A stretch of DNA of 53,956 bases from a virus (Duplodnaviria > Caudoviricetes). The DNA lies in the IMG/VR virus record IMGVR_UViG_3300032087_000093, positions 1 through 53,956 of that record; one strand, given 5' to 3'. Position 1 is the stretch's first letter. Every line of letters starts with the position of its first letter. Below, piece after piece: positions 44,200 through 53,047 of this stretch. The notes under the pieces were generated by a model. That model was given only the letters and a program-made list of their open reading frames with translations. It had not been told where the DNA came from and did not search any database. The position numbers and the translations under genes are program-made.

Positions 44200-45905
44200 C
44201 CCAAAGCAATCGCTAGAGCCACAGCTTCGTTTGACGCCGCAGTCTGTGCGAAGGCAGTAGTTGCGATAGTTGTGTTGCTAGTGCCAGCAGCCTGTGTTGT
44301 GGCAGTAACAGCACTGGACAGTGACCCACCATTAATTGTCGGGCTAGTCAGTGTTTTGTTAGTTAAGGTTTGTGTGCCGGTCAGAGTTGTGACAGTGTTA
44401 TCAATAGCAACAGTAAGCGTGTTACCAGAACCTGACGTGTCAATACCTGTGCCACCGGCAATGTCCAGTGTCTCGCTGTCAAGGTCAATGCTTAGTGCGC
44501 CGCCACTGTCGCCCTGAAAGTCCAAGTCTTGTGCAGTGACTTGCGCATCAATGTAGGTCTTGATTGCCTTCGCAGAGGCGAGGGTATCATCCGAACCGGA
44601 CACAGACGACAGGTCAGTATCCAAAACACCCGACGCGAGGTCAGCAACCTCTAGGTTTGTGATGCTGTTGCCCGTACCATTAGCGTCGATGGTCTTGTTT
44701 GTGAGTGTGTCCGTTGTGGCACGACCTACGAGTGTGTCGCTACTGGTTGGCAGGGTGATTGTACCAGTGTTGCTTATAGATGAAATGACCGGGGTGGTCA
44801 GTGTTTTGTTCGTAAGCGTCTGCGTACCAGTGAGGGTGGTTACAGTGCTGTCGATTGCAACAGTCAGTGTGTTGCTCGAACCTGATGTGTCGATGCCCGT
44901 GCCACCAGCGATATCAAGAGTTTCGCTGTCAAGGTCAATGCTAAGTGCCCCACCACTGTCACCCTGAAAGTCGAGGTCCTGTGCAGTTATCTGTGCATCC
45001 ACGTACGCCTTGATGGCTTTGGCAGAGGCAAGAGTGGTGTCTGTTCCAGCAACACTAGACAGATCAGTGTCGAGTACACCCGACTTGAGGTTGTCCACTT
45101 CAATGTTGGAGACAGTGTTGTTGTCTACATCAATTGTCTTGTTTGTCAGGGTCTTTGTGGTTGCGGCGAGATACGTGTCGAAGGTATCGACTGTAGTCTG
45201 ACGCATTGTGCCGCCATCGTTGGTTACGATACCGTCACCCCCCGCTACGGCTGTCGTGCCAGCAGACGTGCCACCATCCATCAGATTGAGTTCTGCGGGA
45301 GTGGCAGTTACGTTTGTGCCGCCGATGTCGAGGGTTGTCATCGACACTTCGCCAGCAACAGTCAAGATGCCCGATGCGAGGGTCATCAAATCCGTATCGC
45401 TGGTGTGACCGATAGTTGCGCCGTCGATGTTGACGTTGTCGATAACAGCCTGTGTGATTACGCTGTTTGTGCCAAGCGTTGCACCATCTATAGAGCCGCC
45501 GTCAATGTTGGCTGTATCCGCAACCAAGCTGTCGATATTAGCTGTGCCGTGTATGTGCAGGTCTTTGAACTGCTTGCTCGACGAACCCAAATCGATATCG
45601 TTGTCGGTTGTTGGCTCAACTACGCCATCCTTGATAACAAGCTGTTCGACTGACGAACTGGATACGTCAACAGAAAACTCAATCTGATTGTTAGGATTGT
45701 CGATAACAACTTTGTTTAGAGGTGTTGTAACTCCGGGGTCACCAATAAGTCCGATGACCGGACCCTCACCCGCTGTGCCATCATGTTTATGGCCGCTAGA
45801 GTTATTGAACGAAGCAAGAAGCTGGTTAAACTCGTCGTTAGAATCTGCTGCATCAATAACGTCGCCATCAACATAGGTTGACTGTCGTGCGGAATATCCT
45901 GCCAT
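44196..45905 (-). CDS. proximal tail fibre / adaptor with internal duplication
   Basis: MAGYSARQS...GHKHDG N-terminal anchor; TLTNKT repeats; ends AVALAIALG. Confidence 0.85.
   Translation of the reverse strand: MAGYSARQSTYVDGDVIDAADSNDEFNQLLASFNNSSGHKHDGTAGEGPVIGLIGDPGVTTPLNKVVIDNPNNQIEFSVDVSSSSVEQLVIKDGVVEPTTDNDIDLGSSSKQFKDLHIHGTANIDSLVADTANIDGGSIDGATLGTNSVITQAVIDNVNIDGATIGHTSDTDLMTLASGILTVAGEVSMTTLDIGGTNVTATPAELNLMDGGTSAGTTAVAGGDGIVTNDGGTMRQTTVDTFDTYLAATTKTLTNKTIDVDNNTVSNIEVDNLKSGVLDTDLSSVAGTDTTLASAKAIKAYVDAQITAQDLDFQGDSGGALSIDLDSETLDIAGGTGIDTSGSSNTLTVAIDSTVTTLTGTQTLTNKTLTTPVISSISNTGTITLPTSSDTLVGRATTDTLTNKTIDANGTGNSITNLEVADLASGVLDTDLSSVSGSDDTLASAKAIKTYIDAQVTAQDLDFQGDSGGALSIDLDSETLDIAGGTGIDTSGSGNTLTVAIDNTVTTLTGTQTLTNKTLTSPTINGGSLSSAVTATTQAAGTSNTTIATTAFAQTAASNEAVALAIALG
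44340..45160. repeat. intragenic duplication, 450-bp period (boundaries approximate)
   Basis: SGVLDTDLSSV...AQDLDFQGDSGGALSIDLDSETLDIAGGTGIDTSG...TLTGTQTLTNKTLT twice; ccctgaaag at 44512 and 44962. Confidence 0.85.
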
Positions 45906-47438
45906 TTATCGTCTCCCTCCCGGAGTAAATTCTAGTTGGTAGCCCTTTATAGAAAACGGGGAAAGGCCACTGCTGTCGTCCACGCGGACGCCCACTGTAA
46001 ATCCTGATCCCTCTACGGACTGCCTAACCAGAGGTGCGCCTGACGATCCATACACTGCAGTAGCATACTTACTTACAGGATCGCCGTAGATAGCCGCACT
46101 ACCACCTGTCAACAAGTCATATTCTGGCGGCTGGGGTGCTGTAGATGATAAAAAGTCATAACGAATACGAAACTTAGAACTCATAGTGCCTTCGTTTTCA
46201 TAGTTCCAGATGATTCTTTGCATCATCTTTCGTATACCAGCATCTCCCATATTTAGGTCAGGGGATCGATATCGTGCAGGTATGCTCGTCCCATCAAAAT
46301 CATTGCCATCGTCATGCTTGTATACGTAACCGTCGTGACCGCCGTGAACAATTGTTTCGGTACTGTCAATGAACCCAGAAGCCATGCAGGCAGGCTTAAT
46401 GCCCTGCAAGTCTGCGTACTCAAATCCCATACCTCCACCCTCTGCGGCCTGTTTCATCACGGCAGCTACACCCTTTGCTCCCGTTTCCACAGTAGCGTCT
46501 GCAGCAAAGAATATGCGATACTGACTCTTATTACGAATGACTGTTGATGAGATTCTGTCGAGACTGATGTTAGTGAGCAGGAGTCTGTCCTGTATCTGCT
46601 TCGACACGGTACCAAGTTCTACGTCTCCGATACGGGCCGTACCAGCAAGAGTTCGAAGACCATCCGGGGCAAGGTAAATAATATCACCGCCAAGTTCTTG
46701 GATGCTGTGCTGACTAACACATCCAATTCGACGTGTTACAGGCTGCAGTTGAAAGTCAGCAATGGACGTACCAGTAAGTTGATGAATCTGATCTTCGCAG
46801 AAAATAAACAACGAGTTACGAAAAGTAACTAGCTGCACGACTGCACTATCAACCTTTATAGACCCAGCACCGTTTGCTGCAGAAAAATCTGTTTCGCTAA
46901 AGGGCGCAGAAAACACGATCTCTTGCGGATTCGACGACATGCCAGCAAAAAACATGTGGTTCTTGTGCAGGGCTACGGTAGATGGGTCGGCGGGTGCGTT
47001 TGTTGTACTTACGGCAGTTACAGAGGAGTTGTCGAATATGGCAGCGTTATTTGCGCCATCCACGTATATTATCTTTTCGTTGTTGTCAAAATTGTAAACA
47101 ACAAAGCTGTAACGACCTGCGTTAGTTCTACCAGTCTGTATCTCTGTCCACGATCCGGTAGTGCCGCCCTTAAAAACCTTTGTGCCTCGTGCAGCAATAA
47201 TGTTGCCCTTGTAAATAGCAACACCTAAAACTTTTTCATTAGCTGCAGAGGTTTGAGGAACGATGTTTGAGTTGTACTTGGAAAATCCGTTTATTCTTCT
47301 ATATCCACCAGAAATATCCGGCTCAAAATTTACAAGTTCTAGGGCTGCTCCGGGAGGCATAGAGAAAGAATCCCGGTTTAGTATTAAACCGCCGCCCAGT
47401 TTTACAACATACGGACTTAGCAGGGAAGTATCTGGCAT
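45906..47438 (-). CDS. tail tubular/nozzle protein (P22 gp10 / T7 gp12-like)
   Basis: GGL...NFE...GYRRING, IGCVS beta-propeller pattern; follows the adaptor gene. Confidence 0.8.
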   Translation of the reverse strand: MPDTSLLSPYVVKLGGGLILNRDSFSMPPGAALELVNFEPDISGGYRRINGFSKYNSNIVPQTSAANEKVLGVAIYKGNIIAARGTKVFKGGTTGSWTEIQTGRTNAGRYSFVVYNFDNNEKIIYVDGANNAAIFDNSSVTAVSTTNAPADPSTVALHKNHMFFAGMSSNPQEIVFSAPFSETDFSAANGAGSIKVDSAVVQLVTFRNSLFIFCEDQIHQLTGTSIADFQLQPVTRRIGCVSQHSIQELGGDIIYLAPDGLRTLAGTARIGDVELGTVSKQIQDRLLLTNISLDRISSTVIRNKSQYRIFFAADATVETGAKGVAAVMKQAAEGGGMGFEYADLQGIKPACMASGFIDSTETIVHGGHDGYVYKHDDGNDFDGTSIPARYRSPDLNMGDAGIRKMMQRIIWNYENEGTMSSKFRIRYDFLSSTAPQPPEYDLLTGGSAAIYGDPVSKYATAVYGSSGAPLVRQSVEGSGFTVGVRVDDSSGLSPFSIKGYQLEFTPGGRR

Positions 47439-48100
47439 CAGACGGCTCTCATGTAGTCCTTACGGTTAATTAATTCAATACGCATACGAGATAAGCCCTC
47501 CGTGTAGTCACGAAGAGCAAGCTGTGAAAATTGCACGTCAGAACGAAGCATGTGTGCGTAGTATCGTGCGCGATTTACAATTACGTCGTGAAACCGTTCC
47601 GGAATAGTGGGTGTATCTGTATTTGCAGTCATATCACTAACTGTCTTGTAGTAGTAGTACCTGATTATGTACGTAGACTCGTCCGGCACAGGAGACAGTC
47701 CCAGTTTTTGATCTGGCGTTTTGTAAATAAACTCTGGCAGGGCACGTGAACTTGTATCAGGATTCGTATCTGCTTCATTGCGTCGATCTAAGTATTCATT
47801 AAATGAAAGGTATCTTAATTTTTTTTCTGATGTGGATGCGGATTCTTGTACGGTAAAGCTGTCATAATCAACAGTCTTCGCATTTGACTCTCTGGCATAT
47901 TCTGCTGTTCCAGCAGTAGTCGTAAAAGACTGACTAACAACAGTGAACGGCCACTCGACTTCTGAGTTGATGATGTCACGTTGAGCCTTATTTACAAAAT
48001 CAGTAACAGATGTTTGAATACCGCGTGTAGAAGCTACGTTGGTAATCACCACCTCGTTGATTTCTAAAAGAACAGCATTGCAAAGTTCGAGATAGTTCAT
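47438..48100 (-). CDS. tail tubular protein A / head-tail adaptor
   Basis: MNYLELCNAVL...EWPF...PVPD...IPERFHDVIV. Confidence 0.8.
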   Translation of the reverse strand: MNYLELCNAVLLEINEVVITNVASTRGIQTSVTDFVNKAQRDIINSEVEWPFTVVSQSFTTTAGTAEYARESNAKTVDYDSFTVQESASTSEKKLRYLSFNEYLDRRNEADTNPDTSSRALPEFIYKTPDQKLGLSPVPDESTYIIRYYYYKTVSDMTANTDTPTIPERFHDVIVNRARYYAHMLRSDVQFSQLALRDYTEGLSRMRIELINRKDYMRAV

Positions 48101-48103
48101 GTC

Positions 48104-48463
48104 TTACCTGTTAGGTTCGTAAAATTCTTCGGCAGCAACGACGACTGTCAGAGTGTTAGCAGTGCCTGCAGCTACAATAATCTTGTCACCCGCGTGGCAG
48201 TAGAGGGGCTTGTCTACTGTAAAAATTGACTCCGATCCCTTGCCTGCCACTGCGTGGGACGAAAACAATGTGTGAGTAGTCGAAGTATCAGCCTCGTGAA
48301 ACTTTAGAGTGTAGTTACGATTACTCGCATCGGAGTTGGTCAGCAGGACGTGTTCTATGTGGGACGAAAAGTTTGCTGGAACAACGTAGCAGTCGGTATC
48401 ATTAGTGTTTGTCAGGGCCGTTGCACGGGTAACAAACTTCGAGCCTCCGTTTAATACTGGCAT
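48104..48463 (-). CDS. small beta-rich structural protein
   Basis: YVVP...AGDKI pattern similar to the 43821-44150 product. Confidence 0.65.
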   Translation of the reverse strand: MPVLNGGSKFVTRATALTNTNDTDCYVVPANFSSHIEHVLLTNSDASNRNYTLKFHEADTSTTHTLFSSHAVAGKGSESIFTVDKPLYCHAGDKIIVAAGTANTLTVVVAAEEFYEPNR

Positions 48464-48475
48464 ATCTAGTACCCG

Positions 48476-48682
48476 TTAAGCTTCGCTATCCAAGACTTCG
48501 AGTGCTGCCAGTTTGTCTTCAGCATCCGCCCAAGCTTGGACTGCTTTGTCCATTTCTTCAAGCAAATCCGGGTGTTCACCGATGCCAGCAGGATTGTTCG
48601 TGTAATTCGCATATACAAAGAGTGCATCCTTCTGTTGGGCTTCGTACTTGTGCTTCAGTGCCTCGTAAGCAAGTCGTTTCAT
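48476..48682 (-). CDS. conserved small phage protein
   Basis: NPAGIGEHPD motif; GGGAG RBS before ATG 48682. Confidence 0.75.
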   Translation of the reverse strand: MKRLAYEALKHKYEAQQKDALFVYANYTNNPAGIGEHPDLLEEMDKAVQAWADAEDKLAALEVLDSEA

Positions 48683-48701
48683 GTCAGTCTCCCTGTACAA
48701 C

Positions 48702-48730
48702 ATTATACACCTATTTTAAGTATTTAGCAA
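48702..48730 (-). promoter_or_regulatory. sigma70-type promoter
   Basis: TTGCTA-17 nt-TATAAT. Confidence 0.65.
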
Positions 48731-48733
48731 GTT

Positions 48734-49432
48734 TTATTTTTTTTGTGACTTGCGGATTGCTTCGAACGTCTCTTGGATGCTTGGTGGTTTGGTTTCGTTA
48801 GGGCTATAACGACACTGAAACTCGCGTGGGAACCACTCGTCCATACGAAAAAATATAGTGTCTACAGTGTTGTTTACGCCGTGATAGACGCACACCCGCT
48901 GCTTGTCTACGGTGGTGCATCCCTTCAAACGACAGGTAACATGCGTGGGGTCTGCTGCGTGAGCAACCTGCCCCTTGAGAAACATAGCAAATCCGTACAG
49001 CATTGCTGCACCGATACAACCCATAAGGGTCCACGCAACGACTTCTACGAACTTCTGTCTGCGTTCACGCTGCTTGTAGAGTGTTTCCTTGCGCTGCTTA
49101 CGTATCTGGCCTTCCATTGCCACCAGCGAATCCCACTTAGACTTACCCATAGTGAGGCTTATCCACTGCTGCAGTTCGTATCGCTGCTGCTTTGCCTTCT
49201 CCTTGTTGGCAAAGGCGGCTATGGCTTCCTGCTCCACCGTCTGCCCAGCAAACAACTTCTTGAATATCGGCGGGTTCTTGGCTTCCTTCTCCGCCTGCTC
49301 CAAGTCAGACATGGCACCCATCCAACGTGACAGGTCGCCCGCCATCTGTTCGATATCTCGACCTACGGCAAAACCCTTCTTGATTGCAGAAAAAGCTGCC
49401 GAAGCAGTTGCCATTGCAGAAATGGGGTCCAT
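48734..49432 (-). CDS. membrane protein with C-terminal Cys-rich domain
   Basis: Start at ATG 49432 (MDPISAMATA, coupled to the upstream stop); one TM helix then four Cys. Confidence 0.7.
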   Translation of the reverse strand: MDPISAMATASAAFSAIKKGFAVGRDIEQMAGDLSRWMGAMSDLEQAEKEAKNPPIFKKLFAGQTVEQEAIAAFANKEKAKQQRYELQQWISLTMGKSKWDSLVAMEGQIRKQRKETLYKQRERRQKFVEVVAWTLMGCIGAAMLYGFAMFLKGQVAHAADPTHVTCRLKGCTTVDKQRVCVYHGVNNTVDTIFFRMDEWFPREFQCRYSPNETKPPSIQETFEAIRKSQKK

Positions 49433-49620
49433 CAGTATACTTTCGTGTTGTTGTCGATTAGTTTTGGTAGACAGTAGGAGGTTATCTTTTCTCCCTGCTT
49501 GTGCAGGACTTGGGCGTACCATACGCAGTCGTTGAGGTCTGCAAAGTACATGTCGCTGCTGACCAGTTGCCTGTCTTCTCCCGTGCCCAAGAAAACGAAC
49601 AGGAGAAAGACGTGCTTCAT
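49432..49620 (-). CDS. small hypothetical protein
   Basis: Coupled at both ends; YF...C...YCLP. Confidence 0.65.
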   Translation of the reverse strand: MKHVFLLFVFLGTGEDRQLVSSDMYFADLNDCVWYAQVLHKQGEKITSYCLPKLIDNNTKVY

Positions 49621-49805
49621 GTCGTCTTTACAATACCAATCATTTTAGCAAGGTCTTTCTTCATCTCTGTACCTACAGCACCGCCACGACGAGGATTTGT
49701 CATGTAGTATTTATCATCGTGCAGCATCTCATACACTCCGGGGTTTTTATTAGATTTTTCTGCGCTAGGCTGCGCTTGTCTTCCGCGAGAGGGTTTATCT
49801 TGCAT
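49617..49805 (-). CDS. small hypothetical protein
   Basis: TAATG-coupled to the lysozyme stop; RGRQAQPSAEK. Confidence 0.55.
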   Translation of the reverse strand: MQDKPSRGRQAQPSAEKSNKNPGVYEMLHDDKYYMTNPRRGGAVGTEMKKDLAKMIGIVKTT

Positions 49806-50320
49806 TAAAATTCTCCCTTCTTCATCGCGTCCGAAAGCTTAACAGCCCGCGATTTTACCTGTTTTGCCCAACGCGAATCGAGCATCTCGACGGATGCGGT
49901 GTGGAAGTCTCCTGCCTCAATACCAGCCCACATCTTCTTGAATTTACACAGGCGAGGCACACCCATGTTGAATGCCATGTCCATCACGATCAATTGACGC
50001 ACAGCGTCGAGGTCGTACACACATGGCTTGGCCCGTGCCAGTTCGTCCTCTACGATTGCAATGTCATTGCTGGCTAGGTAGTACGCATCTGCTTCCGTGA
50101 TGCCGTGTTCGTAGACAGCATCGATAGACGGAAAGTCCATGTGGTCAAGTTCGGCCTTGCTGATGCCCCGTCCCTCTAGGTTGCGTCCTATGCCAATCGT
50201 ATCAATGCCCAAAGAATCTTTGTACACCCTAAGTTCTAGGCCCTCGTGCAGACGTAGTTTGCTAACAAACGTGTTGAGATCATACTTCATCCTGCGAGTT
50301 GCATCATGCGCGTTCATCAT
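49805..50320 (-). CDS. endolysin, T4-lysozyme-like (GH24)
   Basis: HEG...YKDSLGIDTIGIG (E-D-T triad), MAFNMG, DSRWAKQVKSRA; alternative start at 50290. Confidence 0.92.
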   Translation of the reverse strand: MMNAHDATRRMKYDLNTFVSKLRLHEGLELRVYKDSLGIDTIGIGRNLEGRGISKAELDHMDFPSIDAVYEHGITEADAYYLASNDIAIVEDELARAKPCVYDLDAVRQLIVMDMAFNMGVPRLCKFKKMWAGIEAGDFHTASVEMLDSRWAKQVKSRAVKLSDAMKKGEF

Positions 50321-50546
50321 CGTACTCTTTCCTGCTTTCTACTTTGTTTTCGCCGCCCATCCAGATACCAAACGCACCTGTCATGGCTCCCATCACAACG
50401 CTTACAAATGCGGACTGTGCTGCAGTGGGGCTGTCCAAGTTCATAAACCACTCTGCACAACGCCAACTCATCAGAGTCATCACAAGCATCATAAAACGCG
50501 GCAGAAGTTTCCACTTGGATATACGCTCAAAAGTAACGTCGGCCAC
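50304..50546 (-). CDS. two-TM membrane protein (lysis cassette)
   Basis: Two hydrophobic helices; lies between holin and endolysin. Confidence 0.65.
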   Translation of the reverse strand: MADVTFERISKWKLLPRFMMLVMTLMSWRCAEWFMNLDSPTAAQSAFVSVVMGAMTGAFGIWMGGENKVESRKEYDDERA

Positions 50547-50548
50547 GC

Positions 50549-50932
50549 CTACTTCTTCCCAAAGAACTTAGTAGCACTACGAATGCCAAATGAGGCAGCA
50601 ACGATAACGCCAAGACTATACTGATACCATTCTGGCATAGCTTCGAGTTGTTCGAATCCGTGTTTGACGACATCTTCCATCCCCGGTATGAATGCCAGTA
50701 TAAGTGGCACACTAAATAAAATTACGAGCCACTCGTCTTTCCACGACGACGCACTGCCCTTAACAGCTTCCAAGTCCCAGTCGATTTCAGCATTCGCTTT
50801 GCGTTCGTACACAACCGCTTCAGCCTTCTTCTTAGCAACTTCAGCCTCAGTCTTAGCCTTACCCTTTTCAACGTGACCCTCCAGCCATGTGCCCGCAAGA
50901 CTTGCTACGGGACCGATTAGTAGGTTTAACAT
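50549..50932 (-). CDS. putative holin
   Basis: Start at ATG 50932 (MLNLLIGPV); SWKDEW, PEWYQY and ASFGIR with TM helices. Confidence 0.7.
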   Translation of the reverse strand: MLNLLIGPVASLAGTWLEGHVEKGKAKTEAEVAKKKAEAVVYERKANAEIDWDLEAVKGSASSWKDEWLVILFSVPLILAFIPGMEDVVKHGFEQLEAMPEWYQYSLGVIVAASFGIRSATKFFGKK

Positions 50933-51210
50933 TTCCACCTCTTCCGTGCTTGACGTAGACGACTGTTCGGATTCTTTGCCGCCTTTGGGAACTTCTTCAT
51001 CTGCCCTGCAGAACGCGCACAAAACGACTTGCGACGTTTAGCTGCCTTACTTCCGGGCTTCACCTTGCCGGTAACTGCAGTCTTCAACTTGCTGCCGGGG
51101 TTCTTCTTGCGGTATGCCGCTACCCCAGCCTTCGTCATACCCGCACCCTTCTTGGTAGGACGAAAGTTTTTCTTGTTGCGGGCGGGCATGTTGTCAGGCT
51201 TTCTTGCCAC
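50926..51210 (-). CDS. small basic protein (RRKSFCAR...RWKC family)
   Basis: GMTKAGVAAYR...RRKSFCARS...SRLRQARKRWKC. Confidence 0.8.
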   Translation of the reverse strand: MARKPDNMPARNKKNFRPTKKGAGMTKAGVAAYRKKNPGSKLKTAVTGKVKPGSKAAKRRKSFCARSAGQMKKFPKAAKNPNSRLRQARKRWKC

Positions 51211-51442
51211 TTGACTTCTTCCTTTTTCTGCCCGAAGCAGTAACAGACCAGTTCACTCTGCGTGGTCCGGTCTTCTTAGATGCTTCTTTCTTGGTTATGC
51301 GCTTGGCAACTTTGGCTGGCCTACAGGCAGGGTAGGGCCGCTTCTTCTTTTCTGATCCGGAACGACCACACTTCTTGCCGGTCTTTACATCCCGCCAGTC
51401 TTCCTTGAACCACTTTGTTAAGCCGCCCTTCGGTTTAGCCAT
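51194..51442 (-). CDS. small basic protein (GLxxWFxExW family)
   Basis: GGLTKWFKEDWRDVKTGKKCGR...YPACRP. Confidence 0.8.
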   Translation of the reverse strand: MAKPKGGLTKWFKEDWRDVKTGKKCGRSGSEKKKRPYPACRPAKVAKRITKKEASKKTGPRRVNWSVTASGRKRKKSSGKKA

Positions 51443-51621
51443 TACGCATACGTCCCGCCACGCTTCTTATACGTGCGAACAAGCCAAGCATTTGCATACG
51501 CTGATGGATAAACATCGAACTTCTTCTTTGCCTCTGCCTTCACACGAGCGTAGAGTGCCTTGTTCTTGGGAGTTGCGCCCTTCGACTTCTTCTTGGGCTT
51601 GGGTGGTGCCTTCTTTGCCAT
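51442..51621 (-). CDS. small basic protein (59 aa, PSAYA...YKKRGG family), below the ORF-track cutoff
   Basis: Manual translation MAKKAPPKPKKKSKGATPKNKALYARVKAEAKKKFDVYPSAYANAWLVRTYKKRGGTYA; TAATG-coupled to the next gene. Confidence 0.8.
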   Translation of the reverse strand: MAKKAPPKPKKKSKGATPKNKALYARVKAEAKKKFDVYPSAYANAWLVRTYKKRGGTYA

Positions 51622-51623
51622 GA

Positions 51624-51845
51624 CTACGCCATCTTTACGAGTTTGTAGCCCATCTTCTTGGCTGCTGCACGAACTGCTGACAGAGACATGGTTTTGCCAC
51701 CTTTAGCCATGCCCTTTGACTTCATAGCCTTGCCACCACGAGCCATGCCCTTTGACTTCATACGTCCGCCACGAGCCATGCCCTTTGCTTTCTTCTTTGC
51801 ATTGCCACCACGGGCCATGCCCTTACTCTTCATCATCTTCTTCAT
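51624..51845 (-). CDS. basic repeat protein, KGMA(R/K)GG x4
   Basis: GGAGAG RBS before ATG 51845; no acidic residues. Confidence 0.8.
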   Translation of the reverse strand: MKKMMKSKGMARGGNAKKKAKGMARGGRMKSKGMARGGKAMKSKGMAKGGKTMSLSAVRAAAKKMGYKLVKMA

Positions 51846-52512
51846 TGTCACTCTCCGCATAAAGGTTGTCGAATACCCGTGTCGTATCGCTGACGTAGTT
51901 CGGGTCTTGTTTGGAATGATGAACCCACTGACTAGGAGTGAAGTCCGGCGCACCCTCACCTGTTACGAACCAAGCAGGGTTTGTTACTCGTACCCGATTG
52001 TTGGGCAGGGCGACCATGTTGCCCGTCCAGTCACCAGCATCTAGGAGTTCGAGTACATGACTCTGTTTGTGTTGTGCTGGGTCGTCTGCTACTTCGCTGT
52101 CTGTATAGTCTACGGTGAAGTAGTACTTGGCGGGGTAGAACTCCCCGTCTATCTTTGCGTACCACGGGCAGGGTGTAGCCCTGTTGAGTACAAATACTGA
52201 GTGGTGATGTGACTGACAGTCCCACGGCTGTGCCAAATAAGTAGGAATAGGTTCAGGCCAGTCATCTAGGGGTGTGTCTCCCACTAGGGCAGTCAGGGGC
52301 ATCCGTGCCCACATAGCCCCACCATGTACGTTTTCGTCAGTTTCTTCACACCCTGTAAACAAAACTTGAAATGATAGGGTACGCATTGGTAGAGTAGTTA
52401 CACCGATTACCATAGCGTGTAGGTACTCACCGTGGTATCTGTCGTGATTGGTTGTGTATTCTCTGCGTACCCAAGCCTTGAAGTAGGGAATATTGCTTGT
52501 GATGTAGTTCAT
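51823..52512 (-). CDS. conserved hypothetical protein of the late module
   Basis: GGAGG RBS; GGAMWARMP, QPWDC, QHKQSH and LPNNR motifs. Confidence 0.8.
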   Translation of the reverse strand: MNYITSNIPYFKAWVRREYTTNHDRYHGEYLHAMVIGVTTLPMRTLSFQVLFTGCEETDENVHGGAMWARMPLTALVGDTPLDDWPEPIPTYLAQPWDCQSHHHSVFVLNRATPCPWYAKIDGEFYPAKYYFTVDYTDSEVADDPAQHKQSHVLELLDAGDWTGNMVALPNNRVRVTNPAWFVTGEGAPDFTPSQWVHHSKQDPNYVSDTTRVFDNLYAESDNEEDDEE

Positions 52513-52551
52513 CGTCACCTCCAGTAGAGTTTACCCCGGCGGGGATGAACG

Positions 52552-52580
52552 TATATACCACAGATTAAAAGAAAGGTCAA
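52552..52580 (-). promoter_or_regulatory. sigma70-type promoter
   Basis: TTGACC-17 nt-TATATA with TGn extension. Confidence 0.5.
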
Positions 52581-52603
52581 GGGGGCAAGTTGCCCTGCCC
52601 CCT
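52570..52603 (-). terminator. terminator-like hairpin after the capsid operon
   Basis: AGGGGGCA/TGCCCCCT stem followed by a T-rich run on the minus strand. Confidence 0.6.
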
Positions 52604-52611
52604 CGTATTAC

Positions 52612-53034
52612 TTAGGCGAACGAAGCCGCTGTCTCTGCAGTACCAAGTTCTGCAATCACTGCGAACACACGTACCTTGCCGTCGAATGTTGCCGTGTTAG
52701 CAATCAAGTCGATGGTGTCGGCAGCGGTGTACAGCTTTGCAGTACCGGCTGCATTGTTGATCTCGTGCCCAGTAGCAGTACCGGACAGAGCAGCAACATA
52801 GAGATCATCGTCAGTGTCGTCACCAAGATCAAGGACTGGCGAACCAGTTGATGCTACGGTGAGGACTTCCACGCCTGCCATGAGGACAAGAGTGTTTGCG
52901 TTCATTTCGAATACCTCTACGGAATCCGAAGTAGTCAGGCTGGTAGTTGAGAAGTCGAGAACGACCTCAATGATCTGTGGCTTGATGCCAACAGGTACGC
53001 CAGCAACAGCACCAGTTACGGTATAAGTAGCCAT
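52612..53034 (-). CDS. putative capsid decoration / minor capsid protein
   Basis: Beta-rich 140-aa gene directly after the capsid gene; GGAGG RBS. Confidence 0.7.
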   Translation of the reverse strand: MATYTVTGAVAGVPVGIKPQIIEVVLDFSTTSLTTSDSVEVFEMNANTLVLMAGVEVLTVASTGSPVLDLGDDTDDDLYVAALSGTATGHEINNAAGTAKLYTAADTIDLIANTATFDGKVRVFAVIAELGTAETAASFA

Positions 53035-53047
53035 CTATCTAGCCCTC

